Source: Thermogutta terrifontis
Lineage (GTDB): Bacteria; Planctomycetota; Planctomycetia; Pirellulales; Thermoguttaceae
NCBI RefSeq assembly: GCF_002277955.1
Contig: NZ_CP018477.1
Location: 2,003,206-2,067,205 of the forward strand
Direction: 5' to 3'
Length of the DNA stretch: 64,000 nt
The position numbers were made by a program, and so were the translations under genes. Position 1 is the stretch's first letter; each line of letters starts with the position of its first letter. The notes under the pieces were generated by a model that was given only the letters and a program-made list of their open reading frames with translations, did not search any database and had not been told where the DNA came from. Positions 9,872-19,700 of the stretch are shown here, in pieces.

Positions 9872-11614
9872 TCATGCGAGAGCCGGGACTGGGCCCGCCA
9901 GCACATCGTACTCTTCCAAAGGTGCCATGTCTCCCGAGAGGACCTGCCGACACTTGGCCTCGAGTTCGGGGAGACGATGTTCGATATAGCGGCGAGCGAC
10001 GCGACGCTTGCGTTCGTTGGCGGTAGCCTGCCCCAGCAGGAGATGGCCCACGATGCAGATGATGGCGGAATCCACCAATCGGCGCCCCGCCAAATCGAGA
10101 TAGGTGGTGGACTGCGTCTTGGTGAACTGAATTGCCTCCTGGACGCGCTTCCGCGCTTCGATCAACTCATTCCGCAAATCATCAAGGAGTTTGTCGCCAT
10201 ACACCCTGTTTTCGAAATCAGCGACGTAACTTTCAAACGATCCGGAAGCTACGCCGCGTACGGCGGCCACGATTTGGAGTTGGCTGGTCCCCTCATAAAT
10301 TGTGGTGATCCGGGCATCCCGTAAATAGCGCTCCGCCGCGTAATCCTTCATGTAACCCGATCCCCCGAGGACCTGGATCGCATCGTTGGCCACCTGGACG
10401 CACATTTCCGAAGCGTAGTACTTGCTCATCGGGGTGAGCATGCCATTGATGCGTTTCAGCGTCCGGGCCAGTTGCTTCCGCTCTTTCTGTTCGTCTTTGG
10501 GAAGATCGGGCACGGTTTCCAGGATTCGCAGATTGTTGTTTTCCAAATCACAAATGCGGCTTGTTTCGTACGTGAGCGCCCGGGCGGCTTCGATGGCAAT
10601 TTTCATTTCAGTGACCATCTCGGCCACCGCGGGGAGACGCTCGATCGGCCCACCGAATTGTTGACGTGTGTGCGCGTACACCCGGGCCAGGCGAAAAGCA
10701 GCTTCCGCGATTCCCAGGGACTGGGCGGCGATTCCTACCCGGGCACCGTTCATCAGCGCCATAACGTAAGTAATCAGGCCGCGCTGACGTTCGCCAATGA
10801 GCCGCGCGGGCGTATCGTCGAACACAAGCTCGCAGGTCGGACTGCCATGGATTCCCAGCTTTTCTTCCAGGTGCCGGACACGCACCCGCTCGTTCCGCTC
10901 GGTGATGAAAAGACTGAGTCCCCGGCCGTCCTGGATGTCGGGTTCACTTCTGGCCAGGACGAGCAAAATCTCACCACAGCCGTTGGTGATAAAACGTTTG
11001 ACACCATTGAGTCGCCACTGTCCCGTTTCGTCCTGATATGCGCGGAGACGCACAGCCTGCAGATCGCTTCCCGCATCCGGTTCGGTCAGAACCATGGCCC
11101 CCGTAACTTCGCCCCGGGCAAACCGCGGAAGGACCTCATCTTTGATGTCATCTGATGCGAATGCGTTGATGGTCTCCGCGATGCCCTGGAGCCCAAACAG
11201 GTTCATGAAGGAGGCGTCTGCGCGGCTGACAATCTCGGTGGCCATTGTGTAAATGAGATTCGGACAATTCAGACCACCGTACTTACGCGGGAGGGTGAAA
11301 CCCATGAGATCAGCCTGGGCCATGCGGCGAAGATTTTCCCGAACCAGGGGGTGGAGCGTGACGGTGCCGTCCTCGTTGAGTTTGTTTCCTTCCCGGTCGA
11401 TCTGCTCCGCATGCGGCGCGATGATATCGGCGGCAATCTGGCCGACAATTTCCAGCACCCGCCAGTAATTGTCCACCGCATCTTCTTCATCGATGGGGAC
11501 ATAATCCGCATCGCCGTTGGCGGCATACGCCTCTTGCAGCCGCGCCAGTTCCTTCAGATCGATGTGCCGGAACAAAAACTGGATGTCTTCGTTATCCAGA
11601 AAGTAGTTCCCCAC
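9872..11614 (-). CDS. acyl-CoA dehydrogenase family protein (long form, about 580 aa with C-terminal extension)
   Basis: ACAD N-terminal, middle and C-terminal domain motifs (GAMVLTEPDAGSDL, RLNGVKRFITNG, YEGTSQLQ), plus an extra alpha-helical C-terminal region. Sits upstream of etfBA. Confidence 0.85.
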   Translation of the reverse strand: MGNYFLDNEDIQFLFRHIDLKELARLQEAYAANGDADYVPIDEEDAVDNYWRVLEIVGQIAADIIAPHAEQIDREGNKLNEDGTVTLHPLVRENLRRMAQADLMGFTLPRKYGGLNCPNLIYTMATEIVSRADASFMNLFGLQGIAETINAFASDDIKDEVLPRFARGEVTGAMVLTEPDAGSDLQAVRLRAYQDETGQWRLNGVKRFITNGCGEILLVLARSEPDIQDGRGLSLFITERNERVRVRHLEEKLGIHGSPTCELVFDDTPARLIGERQRGLITYVMALMNGARVGIAAQSLGIAEAAFRLARVYAHTRQQFGGPIERLPAVAEMVTEMKIAIEAARALTYETSRICDLENNNLRILETVPDLPKDEQKERKQLARTLKRINGMLTPMSKYYASEMCVQVANDAIQVLGGSGYMKDYAAERYLRDARITTIYEGTSQLQIVAAVRGVASGSFESYVADFENRVYGDKLLDDLRNELIEARKRVQEAIQFTKTQSTTYLDLAGRRLVDSAIICIVGHLLLGQATANERKRRVARRYIEHRLPELEAKCRQVLSGDMAPLEEYDVLAGPVPALA

Positions 11615-11722
11615 AGATGATTCTCCCGTTTACCAATTCCCGAAAGCCGCTTCTGAATTGCGATTGAAAACCCAGCCAGTTGTATCCTTGCCCGTTGGTG
11701 CCTCCACACGAACAATATCAGC

Positions 11723-12754
11723 TCACCTTCGTCGTTCACGAAGGGCTTTGATCATCATCGGAATGACCTTTTTCAGATCACCCACGATCCCGTAATGGGC
11801 AATGGAGAAAATCGGGGCGTTTGGATCGATGTTGATCGCGATGATTTTGGCAGACTCTTCCATTCCTGCCCGGTGCTGGACCGCACCAGAAATGCCGGCG
11901 GCAATATAGAGGGCAGGCCGGACAGTGGTCCCCGTCTGGCCAATCTGGTGCTCCTTGCCGATAAAACCGCTATCCACCGCCGCACGGCTTGCCCCCACGG
12001 CTCCTCCAATCGCTCCCGCCAGCTCATGGATCAGCCGAAAATCCTCTTTGCTCCCCACTCCCCCACCGCCCGCAACGATGACTCGGGCGCTCTTCAAGTT
12101 CACCTTCCGCGGTTCGATATGTCTTTCAATGAGCCGCAAGGCCAACAGCGATTCGTCGATCTCCACTTTTTCATCGATGATTTCGCCATTGCGGGAGGGA
12201 TTGGGCGGTAGCAGCGGCATAACACCTTCCCGAACGGTGGCCATTTGCGGCCAGCGGTCGTAATTGACAATCGTGGCGATAATATTGCCCCCGAACGCCG
12301 GCCGAATTTGCAGAAGCAGATTGCGATGGACTTCCTTTGTTTTCGGGTCGGTGACATCGCTGATTTGGAGATCCGTGCAATCCGCGGTCATTCCTGCCTG
12401 AATGGCCGAGGCCACACGCGGTGCCAGATCCCTTCCCAGGGGAGTTGCCCCGTAAAGCACAATCTGTGGTCGGTATTTTTCAATCAGGGTGCAGAGGACC
12501 CGGGCATAGGGGATTGTCTGGAAATGGGCCAATCGCGAATCTTCCACGACATACACGCGATCAGCGCCATGCGCGATGAGCTTGCTCGCGAGAGGGCGAA
12601 TCTGGTGTCCCGGAAGAACCGCTCCGACGGGTACTTTCAGTACGTCAGCGAGTTGCCGTGCCTTGCCGCAGAGTTCAAGCACAACATCGTGCAACGAGCC
12701 GTCTTCCTGCTCCGCAAAAACCCAAACTTCTCCTTGGCGATTTGGTGCGATCAT
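11723..12754 (-). CDS. etfA: electron transfer flavoprotein alpha subunit
   Basis: FAD-binding C-terminal domain (PALYIAAGISGAVQHRAGM, IIAINIDPNAPIF) and N-terminal ETF domain. Confidence 0.9.
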   Translation of the reverse strand: MIAPNRQGEVWVFAEQEDGSLHDVVLELCGKARQLADVLKVPVGAVLPGHQIRPLASKLIAHGADRVYVVEDSRLAHFQTIPYARVLCTLIEKYRPQIVLYGATPLGRDLAPRVASAIQAGMTADCTDLQISDVTDPKTKEVHRNLLLQIRPAFGGNIIATIVNYDRWPQMATVREGVMPLLPPNPSRNGEIIDEKVEIDESLLALRLIERHIEPRKVNLKSARVIVAGGGGVGSKEDFRLIHELAGAIGGAVGASRAAVDSGFIGKEHQIGQTGTTVRPALYIAAGISGAVQHRAGMEESAKIIAINIDPNAPIFSIAHYGIVGDLKKVIPMMIKALRERRR

Positions 12755-12905
12755 GATTGAAACCGTTTCCCTGAGTACACACTCCCGTTGGCTGATCTTT
12801 TAGCTCTCTCTTTCTCGGTATCTAATTCGGCGGTCACCTGGCTACCTTTAATCCGCGGATTTTCAGGCGATCACCTGGCTTCTGGCGGGTGGAGGTTTTT
12901 ACTGT

Positions 12906-13820
12906 TTATCCAAGGGTCCGGTCCACAACCAGTTCGTCGATCAGACGGCGGATTCCTTCCTCGGTCGGCGGAATATTTGTGAAGCCTTTCTTGGTCAGGA
13001 CAATGGCCTGGACACGATAAACCTTGGTAGGCGAGCCTGGCAGACCACAACGATTGAGGTCCGCGTGAATATCATCGAGGCTCCATTGCTCCATCAGCAG
13101 CCCCTGCCGGGCCAATTCTTGTTTGCGCCGCTCAACGGCGTCCAACAGCTCCTCGTCCGAGACCTGGCCCAGGCTGGCCTTCACTTCAGCCTCAATCTCC
13201 GCGGGAATACGAGCCCGCTTGTACCGCATCACTTTTTTCGCGGCTGGAGGCCGCGGCTGATTGGCCCCCCCGATCACCGTAAACAGGACGGGCAGTTTGA
13301 CCTCCACAACTTCCCAACCCCGTCCCACATTTCGGCGCACTCGGGCGGTTCCGTTTTCAATGCAGTCGATCTTTTCGAGGTAGGTCACCTGGGGAATGCC
13401 AAGCTTTTCCGCGATTTGGGGGCCCACCTGGGCGGTGTCACCATCGATGGCCTGCCGACCGCACAGGACGATGTCAAACCTGCCGATTGTGCGGATAGTC
13501 TGAGCAAGAATGTAACTCGTGGCGAGGGTGTCGGACGCGGCCGCCCGGCGATCCGTAATCAGGATGACTCGGTCGGCACCCCGGTAGAGGCAATCGCGAA
13601 GAACCTCTGCCGCTTTGGGAGGTCCCATGCTGATCGCCGTGACGGTTCCGCCGTAGCGGTCACGGATCTCCAAAGCGGCCTCCAAAGCATTAAGGTCTTC
13701 CGGGTTGAAAATGGCGGGCAATGCGGCACGATTGACCGTGCCGTCCTCCTTCATGGCCTCAGCAGTGATGTTCGCGGTGTCGGGAACCTGTTTGACACAG
13801 ACGACGATGTCGTATGGCAC
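12906..13820 (-). CDS. etfB: electron transfer flavoprotein beta subunit (with about 50-aa C-terminal extension)
   Basis: MPYDIVVCVKQVPDT N-terminus typical of EtfB. 304 aa versus about 250 typical. The C-terminal tail is charged and helical. Confidence 0.9.
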   Translation of the reverse strand: MPYDIVVCVKQVPDTANITAEAMKEDGTVNRAALPAIFNPEDLNALEAALEIRDRYGGTVTAISMGPPKAAEVLRDCLYRGADRVILITDRRAAASDTLATSYILAQTIRTIGRFDIVLCGRQAIDGDTAQVGPQIAEKLGIPQVTYLEKIDCIENGTARVRRNVGRGWEVVEVKLPVLFTVIGGANQPRPPAAKKVMRYKRARIPAEIEAEVKASLGQVSDEELLDAVERRKQELARQGLLMEQWSLDDIHADLNRCGLPGSPTKVYRVQAIVLTKKGFTNIPPTEEGIRRLIDELVVDRTLG

Positions 13821-14138
13821 AGCGCGATTCTCCCAGACGTGTTATCCCCCCGAAAGCGTCGATCGTTACTAGTCTCGCGTAGTATTTTCTGGACCTATCC
13901 TTTTTGACCCATAATTTGGCAATTGGAAGGAGCACCCGTTCTAGCTTATTTCGGGCAAAATGGCTCCCGGCTCCGGGTAATCCGCCCAACTTTAGGGGCA
14001 TAAGATGCCAGATTGCCAAAATGCCTATTGTAGCGAAAGAGCGAAAACTGCGGAACGGCACCTTTTGGAGGCAACCCCCACAATAGAAGGGTATGATTGT
14101 GCAGAATCGAGGCAATCGCAAGCTGGATTTTCGGCCCG

Positions 14139-15431
14139 TCATCCTGAATAGGGATGTTTCCATGGGGCCCGATACTCTCGCTTGAGGAGCTTCTCCGCCG
14201 CCGGATTATCCACGATGGTGCCTTTGGCCTCGTCCCAGTGGACGACCGAATCGCTCTCATAAGCGATCATCGCGAGTTTCACAGTGACGGTGGAGCGGTA
14301 TCCTTCCTCGATCGGACAGGCAGGCTGACGTCCTTCTCGAACGGCCGTCAGAAAGTCTCGCATGTGTTCCAGACCGGCATCGGTCGCGGGGGTGTATTCC
14401 TTGCGATCGGCGTTTTTGCCGTTGGGTATCACGACCCATCGGTTGTCTGTGACGAACACTGTGGCCTTGGTGCCAAAGAAGAACACGCCGTTATTGACTT
14501 CGGGGGTGTACTCCTCAGCACCCCATAAGCGGTGCCGCCACACGAGCGGTCCCTCAGCAAATTCAAAATGCGCGGTGAGCGTATCAGGTGTGGTGATGAT
14601 CCCCTTGAGCTTGTAGATTCCTCCGGTAGCGGCGACCTTGTGGGGCGTCATGAGATTCAAGATCATCCGCGTGGCATCCACCAGGTGAATACCCCAGTCC
14701 ACCAGATGCCCGTGGCCGGTTGTTCTTTCCAGCCTCCAGTTGAAATGGCCCACCTGCTCGCTGTACGGAATGAGCGGCGCTGGACCGCACCAGAGGTTCC
14801 AATCCAGGCTGGGCGGGGGATCTTTAGGTGTGGGATCTTTGGTTCCAGCGCGATAATGAATCTGCGCATCAACCTGGATGATATCTCCAGCGTCGCCGCC
14901 TTTGATGAAATCCCGCACCTGTCGAAAGCTGGCGTGCTGTCGTCTTTGAAAACCGATTTGGACAATACGTCCGCTATCCCGTACAGCCTTCAAAAGTGCT
15001 TGACATTCGCGAATATCATAGGCGAGCGGTTTTTCACAATATACATGGAGTTTCCGATCCAAAGCCGCCAGCAGGTGAAGGGCATGCCAGTGGGGCGGAC
15101 TGGCAATGATCACCGCGTCAAGGTCGGAATTATCGAGCATATCCTGGTAGAGCTTGAACGTCTTAGGACGCGTGCCCTGGAGTTGCTCCAGTTCCGCGGC
15201 GGATTTTTCGAGATGTTCCGAGTCCACGTCGCAGATGCTGCTGATGACCACGCCGCCCGCCTTCAGCGCGGCACGCGCATCAACCATTCCGTACCAACCC
15301 ACCCCGATAACGCCCAGTTTGAGGGGCGACTCCACTCCCGCATGCACGGATTTCATGAAAAAGTTGGGGATGGTGGTGGCAGCAGCAATTACGGAGCCAC
15401 TTTGGAGAAATGCACGACGCGTTGTTTTCAT
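14139..15431 (-). CDS. Tat-exported Gfo/Idh/MocA-family NAD(P)-binding oxidoreductase (GH109-like candidate)
   Basis: Twin-arginine signal (MKTTRRAFLQSGSVIAAATT...A) followed by a Rossmann GxGxxG (LGVIGVGWYG) and a Gfo/Idh/MocA C-terminal domain. Confidence 0.8.
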   Translation of the reverse strand: MKTTRRAFLQSGSVIAAATTIPNFFMKSVHAGVESPLKLGVIGVGWYGMVDARAALKAGGVVISSICDVDSEHLEKSAAELEQLQGTRPKTFKLYQDMLDNSDLDAVIIASPPHWHALHLLAALDRKLHVYCEKPLAYDIRECQALLKAVRDSGRIVQIGFQRRQHASFRQVRDFIKGGDAGDIIQVDAQIHYRAGTKDPTPKDPPPSLDWNLWCGPAPLIPYSEQVGHFNWRLERTTGHGHLVDWGIHLVDATRMILNLMTPHKVAATGGIYKLKGIITTPDTLTAHFEFAEGPLVWRHRLWGAEEYTPEVNNGVFFFGTKATVFVTDNRWVVIPNGKNADRKEYTPATDAGLEHMRDFLTAVREGRQPACPIEEGYRSTVTVKLAMIAYESDSVVHWDEAKGTIVDNPAAEKLLKREYRAPWKHPYSG

Positions 15432-15477
15432 AGGTATTCCCTCCAGTTAACAGATGCCTTACCAATGATCGGTCTGT

Positions 15478-16938
15478 TTATCGGTCCTGGCCCGGCTCGG
15501 CAGTACGGTATTCGTACGCCCCAAGATCGATGCCCTTTCCTTGAGGTCTGTGGACACCCAGGATGTCAATGCTGGGTGCCAGCTCCGCCGTACCCGCGTC
15601 GATGGCGGGGCAATCTGGCCGGAGACGCATGTCATACCGGTTCGGGTTGAGGAAGAAATCTTCAGGGCGTTCCACGACCAAATTGTGATCCACAGTCATA
15701 TTTTCGCCGCGAACGTCCAGTGCACTGGCCAAATTGTTTCGCACCACGCAATCTCGGGAGGGTGTGCCGTTTTTGTGGTTCCCGATGCGGATGGCGGCCG
15801 GTCCCGGACGATAGGCGTTGGGATCGATCACCGTGTTGTTGACAATTTTGCAGCGCACCGCACCACCCAATGTGATGCCATGATAGTGGTCCACAACCAC
15901 CACGTTGTTTTCGATGAGCCAGTCTTCGTACATGCCGTCAAAGCATCCGATGCCCTGAAGAGTACCTCGATGGGGTTGCTGGGGATCTTCGTAATTGATG
16001 ATGATGTTGCCGCGCAGGACGACGCCTTTTACCACGCCAGTTCCCACACCGCCGGGTCCCACAGACCAGCTTTGAAAACCATCGTCGTGGTTCGCATTAA
16101 CGTCGTAACAGTTTTTCACAATGTTGTACTGGAACACCGTGTGATCACCCAGTCCCCGGAGGCCGTCGCCTGCGAAGTTTTCCACAACATTTCTTTCCAC
16201 AAGGCAGTGCACCCCGCTCACTGAAATCCCGAAATTGACGTTTTTGAGGTAATTGCCCCGAAGTGTAATCCGTGGCCCATCGGCGAGAATCCCATCGCAG
16301 GAAAGGTTATTCCAGTCGTCCGCTGTCCAGCGTGAAGTGTCGGCAGCGGATTGAAGATGACAATTTTCCACCACAATATCGTGAACTGGTCCGCGCCAAC
16401 CGTGCGATTCCAGGCGGATCAAGACGCGCGGCCTCTCCCCTTCCCCGTATTCCGGACTTACATGCAGACCTCGTAGGATCCAGTGACAACCCGACTGAAT
16501 GTGGATGCGTCGAAACCGGGGAGTGTGGCCGGGTTCAGCGGCAATCGTGATCGCGCTGGGATTGTAATACCCTTGAATGCGGAGTTCACCGAAATCACCA
16601 GTGCGAAGGTAGATGGTGTCCCCCGGTTTTACAGGAGCGCCGGGATTTCTCGGGACGAGTTTCACTCCCTCCCGATACGGCAAGGATTCCCACGTCTGAG
16701 ACTCGATCAGGCCTCTGTCGAACAGTTCCTGGAGGCTCTTCCAGGGGCGTTCCTTACTTCCATCGTTCTCCGAACGGCCCTGAACGGGGTCAACATAAAA
16801 CTCGGCACCGTGCAAGGAAGTTACGGAACCGAGGGCCGTCATTGCGAATGCGAGTAAACAGGTTCGGAAAAGCCGACCTGAAGGTTGCATGGAAAAATTC
16901 CCTGTCGCTGGACTTAATTCTGTTTTCATTACCATCAT
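15478..16938 (-). CDS. secreted right-handed parallel beta-helix (pectate-lyase-fold) protein
   Basis: Hydrophobic signal region (LLAFAMTALGSVTSLHGA). Many beta-helix rung motifs (NVVENFAGDGL, NIVKNCYDVNANHDDG, NNVVVVDHYHGITLGG, NNTVIDPN). Start could be ATG 16929 (GAGGA-N8-ATG) or 16890. Confidence 0.55.
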   Translation of the reverse strand: MMVMKTELSPATGNFSMQPSGRLFRTCLLAFAMTALGSVTSLHGAEFYVDPVQGRSENDGSKERPWKSLQELFDRGLIESQTWESLPYREGVKLVPRNPGAPVKPGDTIYLRTGDFGELRIQGYYNPSAITIAAEPGHTPRFRRIHIQSGCHWILRGLHVSPEYGEGERPRVLIRLESHGWRGPVHDIVVENCHLQSAADTSRWTADDWNNLSCDGILADGPRITLRGNYLKNVNFGISVSGVHCLVERNVVENFAGDGLRGLGDHTVFQYNIVKNCYDVNANHDDGFQSWSVGPGGVGTGVVKGVVLRGNIIINYEDPQQPHRGTLQGIGCFDGMYEDWLIENNVVVVDHYHGITLGGAVRCKIVNNTVIDPNAYRPGPAAIRIGNHKNGTPSRDCVVRNNLASALDVRGENMTVDHNLVVERPEDFFLNPNRYDMRLRPDCPAIDAGTAELAPSIDILGVHRPQGKGIDLGAYEYRTAEPGQDR

Positions 16939-17435
16939 CCTCGATTACTTTTCGATGGAAAGATTGCCCAGATTATATGGAGGCATTCTGTCCTGGCCAA
17001 TCACCCCCAATTGCGACTTATCTCCACTTTCCGCGTGGCGACAGAAAGGGGGCGGACCTCGCTGTCGGTGGGCACAACGAGCGTAGCGCTCCGATCCTTT
17101 GGAGGGATACACTTGGCCCGTTTGCTCTCCAAGGTTGGATAATCGACTTCACCGATCGGACTCCGTCTGCTCAATTCAGTTCTGGCTCAAATGCAGGGTC
17201 AACACCTAAATTGCGCCGACAGCACATTGAGACCCTGGCGTATCACGAATTCTTAAAAAAACTATGGTGGCTCAAACGCTGAAGCGAGATTCACTTCGTG
17301 TGTCCGATCTGGTGGCCGATTGCAGGGATGTTCGCTCAGGCGGAGCAGATTGATGGGCCGGCCAGATGATTTTCCGCGTCGTTCCCATGTTGCCTGCATT
17401 TTTGTTGCGGAAAACCGGCGAGTGATCGCTCGGAA

Positions 17436-19454
17436 TCAGGGAGTATTCTGTGCAGGAGAAGACCGGTTCGGCTTAGCCGTTTCATTGGCATTACCAGATG
17501 CCGGTTGAACGTTTTGGGCCAGGATTGGGAGTGGGTCATAGAGGGGCATATGTCGGTAGTATACCTCGAGCGTACAGATTGCTAGTGCTGTGGTGTAGAT
17601 GCGACCTCCCTGTCGGCCGTAGCGCTCCGTGGGGTCCCAGCTTCCCGCCAGCGATCCAGTTTTCCGCTGGGTGGGCAAAAGCGTCGCTTTCATGGCCTCG
17701 TTCCATTTACGCCAGAAATCTCCGCCCATATTGTGCATCACCTGAGTGGCATAGTAGATGTAATAGAACCAGGGCTGAGAAGTATCGAGCTTTTTGGGGG
17801 ACGGGAGGTTTTCCAGGAGATAGTACGCCCCCGCTTTCATTCCTCGGTGTTCCCTTGGCCAGCCCAGATATTGGCGGCACAAAAGGGCTTCAGCGGTCAT
17901 AGTGGGAGTTGCGGCATGCCCCGGCCGATAGGCGTAGCGGCCGCCATATTGATCCGTTTGTGCTGAATCGAGGTACTGAGAGGCTTTGTAGAACACGGTG
18001 TCCGGTACGCGAAGATACGCCATCTTTCCGCTGCGGAGGGCCATCAATTGCCAGCCCAGTACGCTCGTATCTCCTTCCTGTCCAGGTTCATAGCGCCACC
18101 CGCCCGCCGGATGCTGAGCGCGAATGATAAAATCGATCGCTTTTTGCGCAGGTTCTCGCAGTTGCGGGTCCTGAGTCATCGCGTAGGCTTCACAGAGGAC
18201 CAGGGCCGCCTGTCCGTGCGCGTACATGTCGCCAATGCCGTTTCCCCGCAGGTCACCATCGGGTCCTTGGTGACTGACAAGCCAGTTAAGGCCCTTCAAA
18301 ACGACCTGGCGGTATTCCCCCTGGATGTGTGTCTGACCGGCTCCCAGAAAAGGCAGCAGGGCCAGAGCGGTGGCAGCCACGTCAGCCTGCTGGCCGAGTC
18401 CGTCTTCATCACCGGAGGCCCCGGGCGCCAAATGGAAGGCGTGGAGCGACCAACTCCCGTCGGCATTCTGATGTTTGGCCAGCCATCGCAGTCCGCGGGC
18501 GACGGCGGCTTCGGTTTCGTTCGTTCCGCCCTGTTCAGCCAGGAGCCGTGATCGCACTGACGGATCCCGACCCGCAAATATGGCGGCCACCGGCCGGGAA
18601 AGAAGGACGTCGCTGAGGCGATCTGCTACCGCGGCCATGGGAAGAGTGGGTTGCAGCGATTCCCCCAGCGAATCGGGGGCAAACTGATCCACGATTCCCA
18701 CATCCTGCTCGGCGGGCAGGTGGACGTCGGTCACCAGCCCGGCCTCTTCGAATTCGTTCGGGAGATGCTCACGCTCTTCCAGCAACCCTTCCTCACCAGG
18801 GCTGTCTCGATAGTTGATCGAAGTCGAAAGCGTGATGGCCGGCGGAGGCAGGCCTCCTGGCGCGGCCAGCATTCCCAGAAGCAGGAATGCGACCAGATGA
18901 AACACGAGACTGATCAGCCAGGCAGGGGCGTCGTCCCAAATGACCTGCCAAAGGCTGCGAACTTTCCGCGGCGCTATCGATTGGCGGAGAAACTCCCGTC
19001 GCTCCTCAGCCTGGCGAGAAGGGGAGCGCATCGGCTGACCAGCCGATTTCGGCACCTCTGCCGTCCAACGCGGAGGCGTTGGAACCTTGGGCCCTTGTCC
19101 AGTGCTCCTGGCGCGAAGCGAAGGTTGGATAGAGCGGGCGGCCTGTTGCACCTGTTGGAGCCGTTCTGCTTCCCAAAGCTGGAGCAGGCGAATCGCTTCC
19201 GCTTCCTGCTCCTCTGTCAGCTCCACGCTGGCCCCGCACCGCCAGCAGTCCGCCAACCGCAACCACAGCCGAATCGACATGGGTGCCCCGCAATCGGGAC
19301 ACGCACAAGCCAGAACCCCACCGTCCAGCCATATTTGGCCAGGTTGCAGGGACGAGCGGCTTTCGTGGCTCGGGGAGCCCGTCTCCACACCTGACGGGGA
19401 CTCCGCTAAAGGCTCCGAGTTTTGAGAAAAATCCCGCATCGGACCAGGTGGCAA
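17436..19454 (-). CDS. membrane-anchored protein: N-terminal Cys4 zinc-ribbon, Pro-rich linker, single TM helix, C-terminal QW-repeat alpha/alpha-toroid (prenyltransferase/squalene-oxidase-repeat) domain
   Basis: CACPDCG...CWRCG zinc ribbon. TM WLISLVFHLVAFLLLGMLAA. QW-type motifs in the C-terminal half (QNADGSWS, HQGPDGDL, QHPAGGWRYEPG). Confidence 0.5.
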   Translation of the reverse strand: MPPGPMRDFSQNSEPLAESPSGVETGSPSHESRSSLQPGQIWLDGGVLACACPDCGAPMSIRLWLRLADCWRCGASVELTEEQEAEAIRLLQLWEAERLQQVQQAARSIQPSLRARSTGQGPKVPTPPRWTAEVPKSAGQPMRSPSRQAEERREFLRQSIAPRKVRSLWQVIWDDAPAWLISLVFHLVAFLLLGMLAAPGGLPPPAITLSTSINYRDSPGEEGLLEEREHLPNEFEEAGLVTDVHLPAEQDVGIVDQFAPDSLGESLQPTLPMAAVADRLSDVLLSRPVAAIFAGRDPSVRSRLLAEQGGTNETEAAVARGLRWLAKHQNADGSWSLHAFHLAPGASGDEDGLGQQADVAATALALLPFLGAGQTHIQGEYRQVVLKGLNWLVSHQGPDGDLRGNGIGDMYAHGQAALVLCEAYAMTQDPQLREPAQKAIDFIIRAQHPAGGWRYEPGQEGDTSVLGWQLMALRSGKMAYLRVPDTVFYKASQYLDSAQTDQYGGRYAYRPGHAATPTMTAEALLCRQYLGWPREHRGMKAGAYYLLENLPSPKKLDTSQPWFYYIYYATQVMHNMGGDFWRKWNEAMKATLLPTQRKTGSLAGSWDPTERYGRQGGRIYTTALAICTLEVYYRHMPLYDPLPILAQNVQPASGNANETAKPNRSSPAQNTP

Positions 19455-19700
19455 TGTCTCATCGATAGGGCATCGGAACGCCTTCCCTAATCGTCATTGT
19501 ATCAGCCTGAACGAAAAAACCCACGTTTTTCCTTCCTCTTTGACGCAAGCCTGCCGTTTTTTGTGAGTCTGGCACTTTCCCGCCGGGAGAGGCGAAACAC
19601 GTATCGAATCCTCTCTGACGAACCCGCTGGAGGTTGTTTCGTTTTCCCGCCGAATTGGCCAAAATAGAAGCGAACTCCGCGCTGGGGAGTCTCTGGCTGG

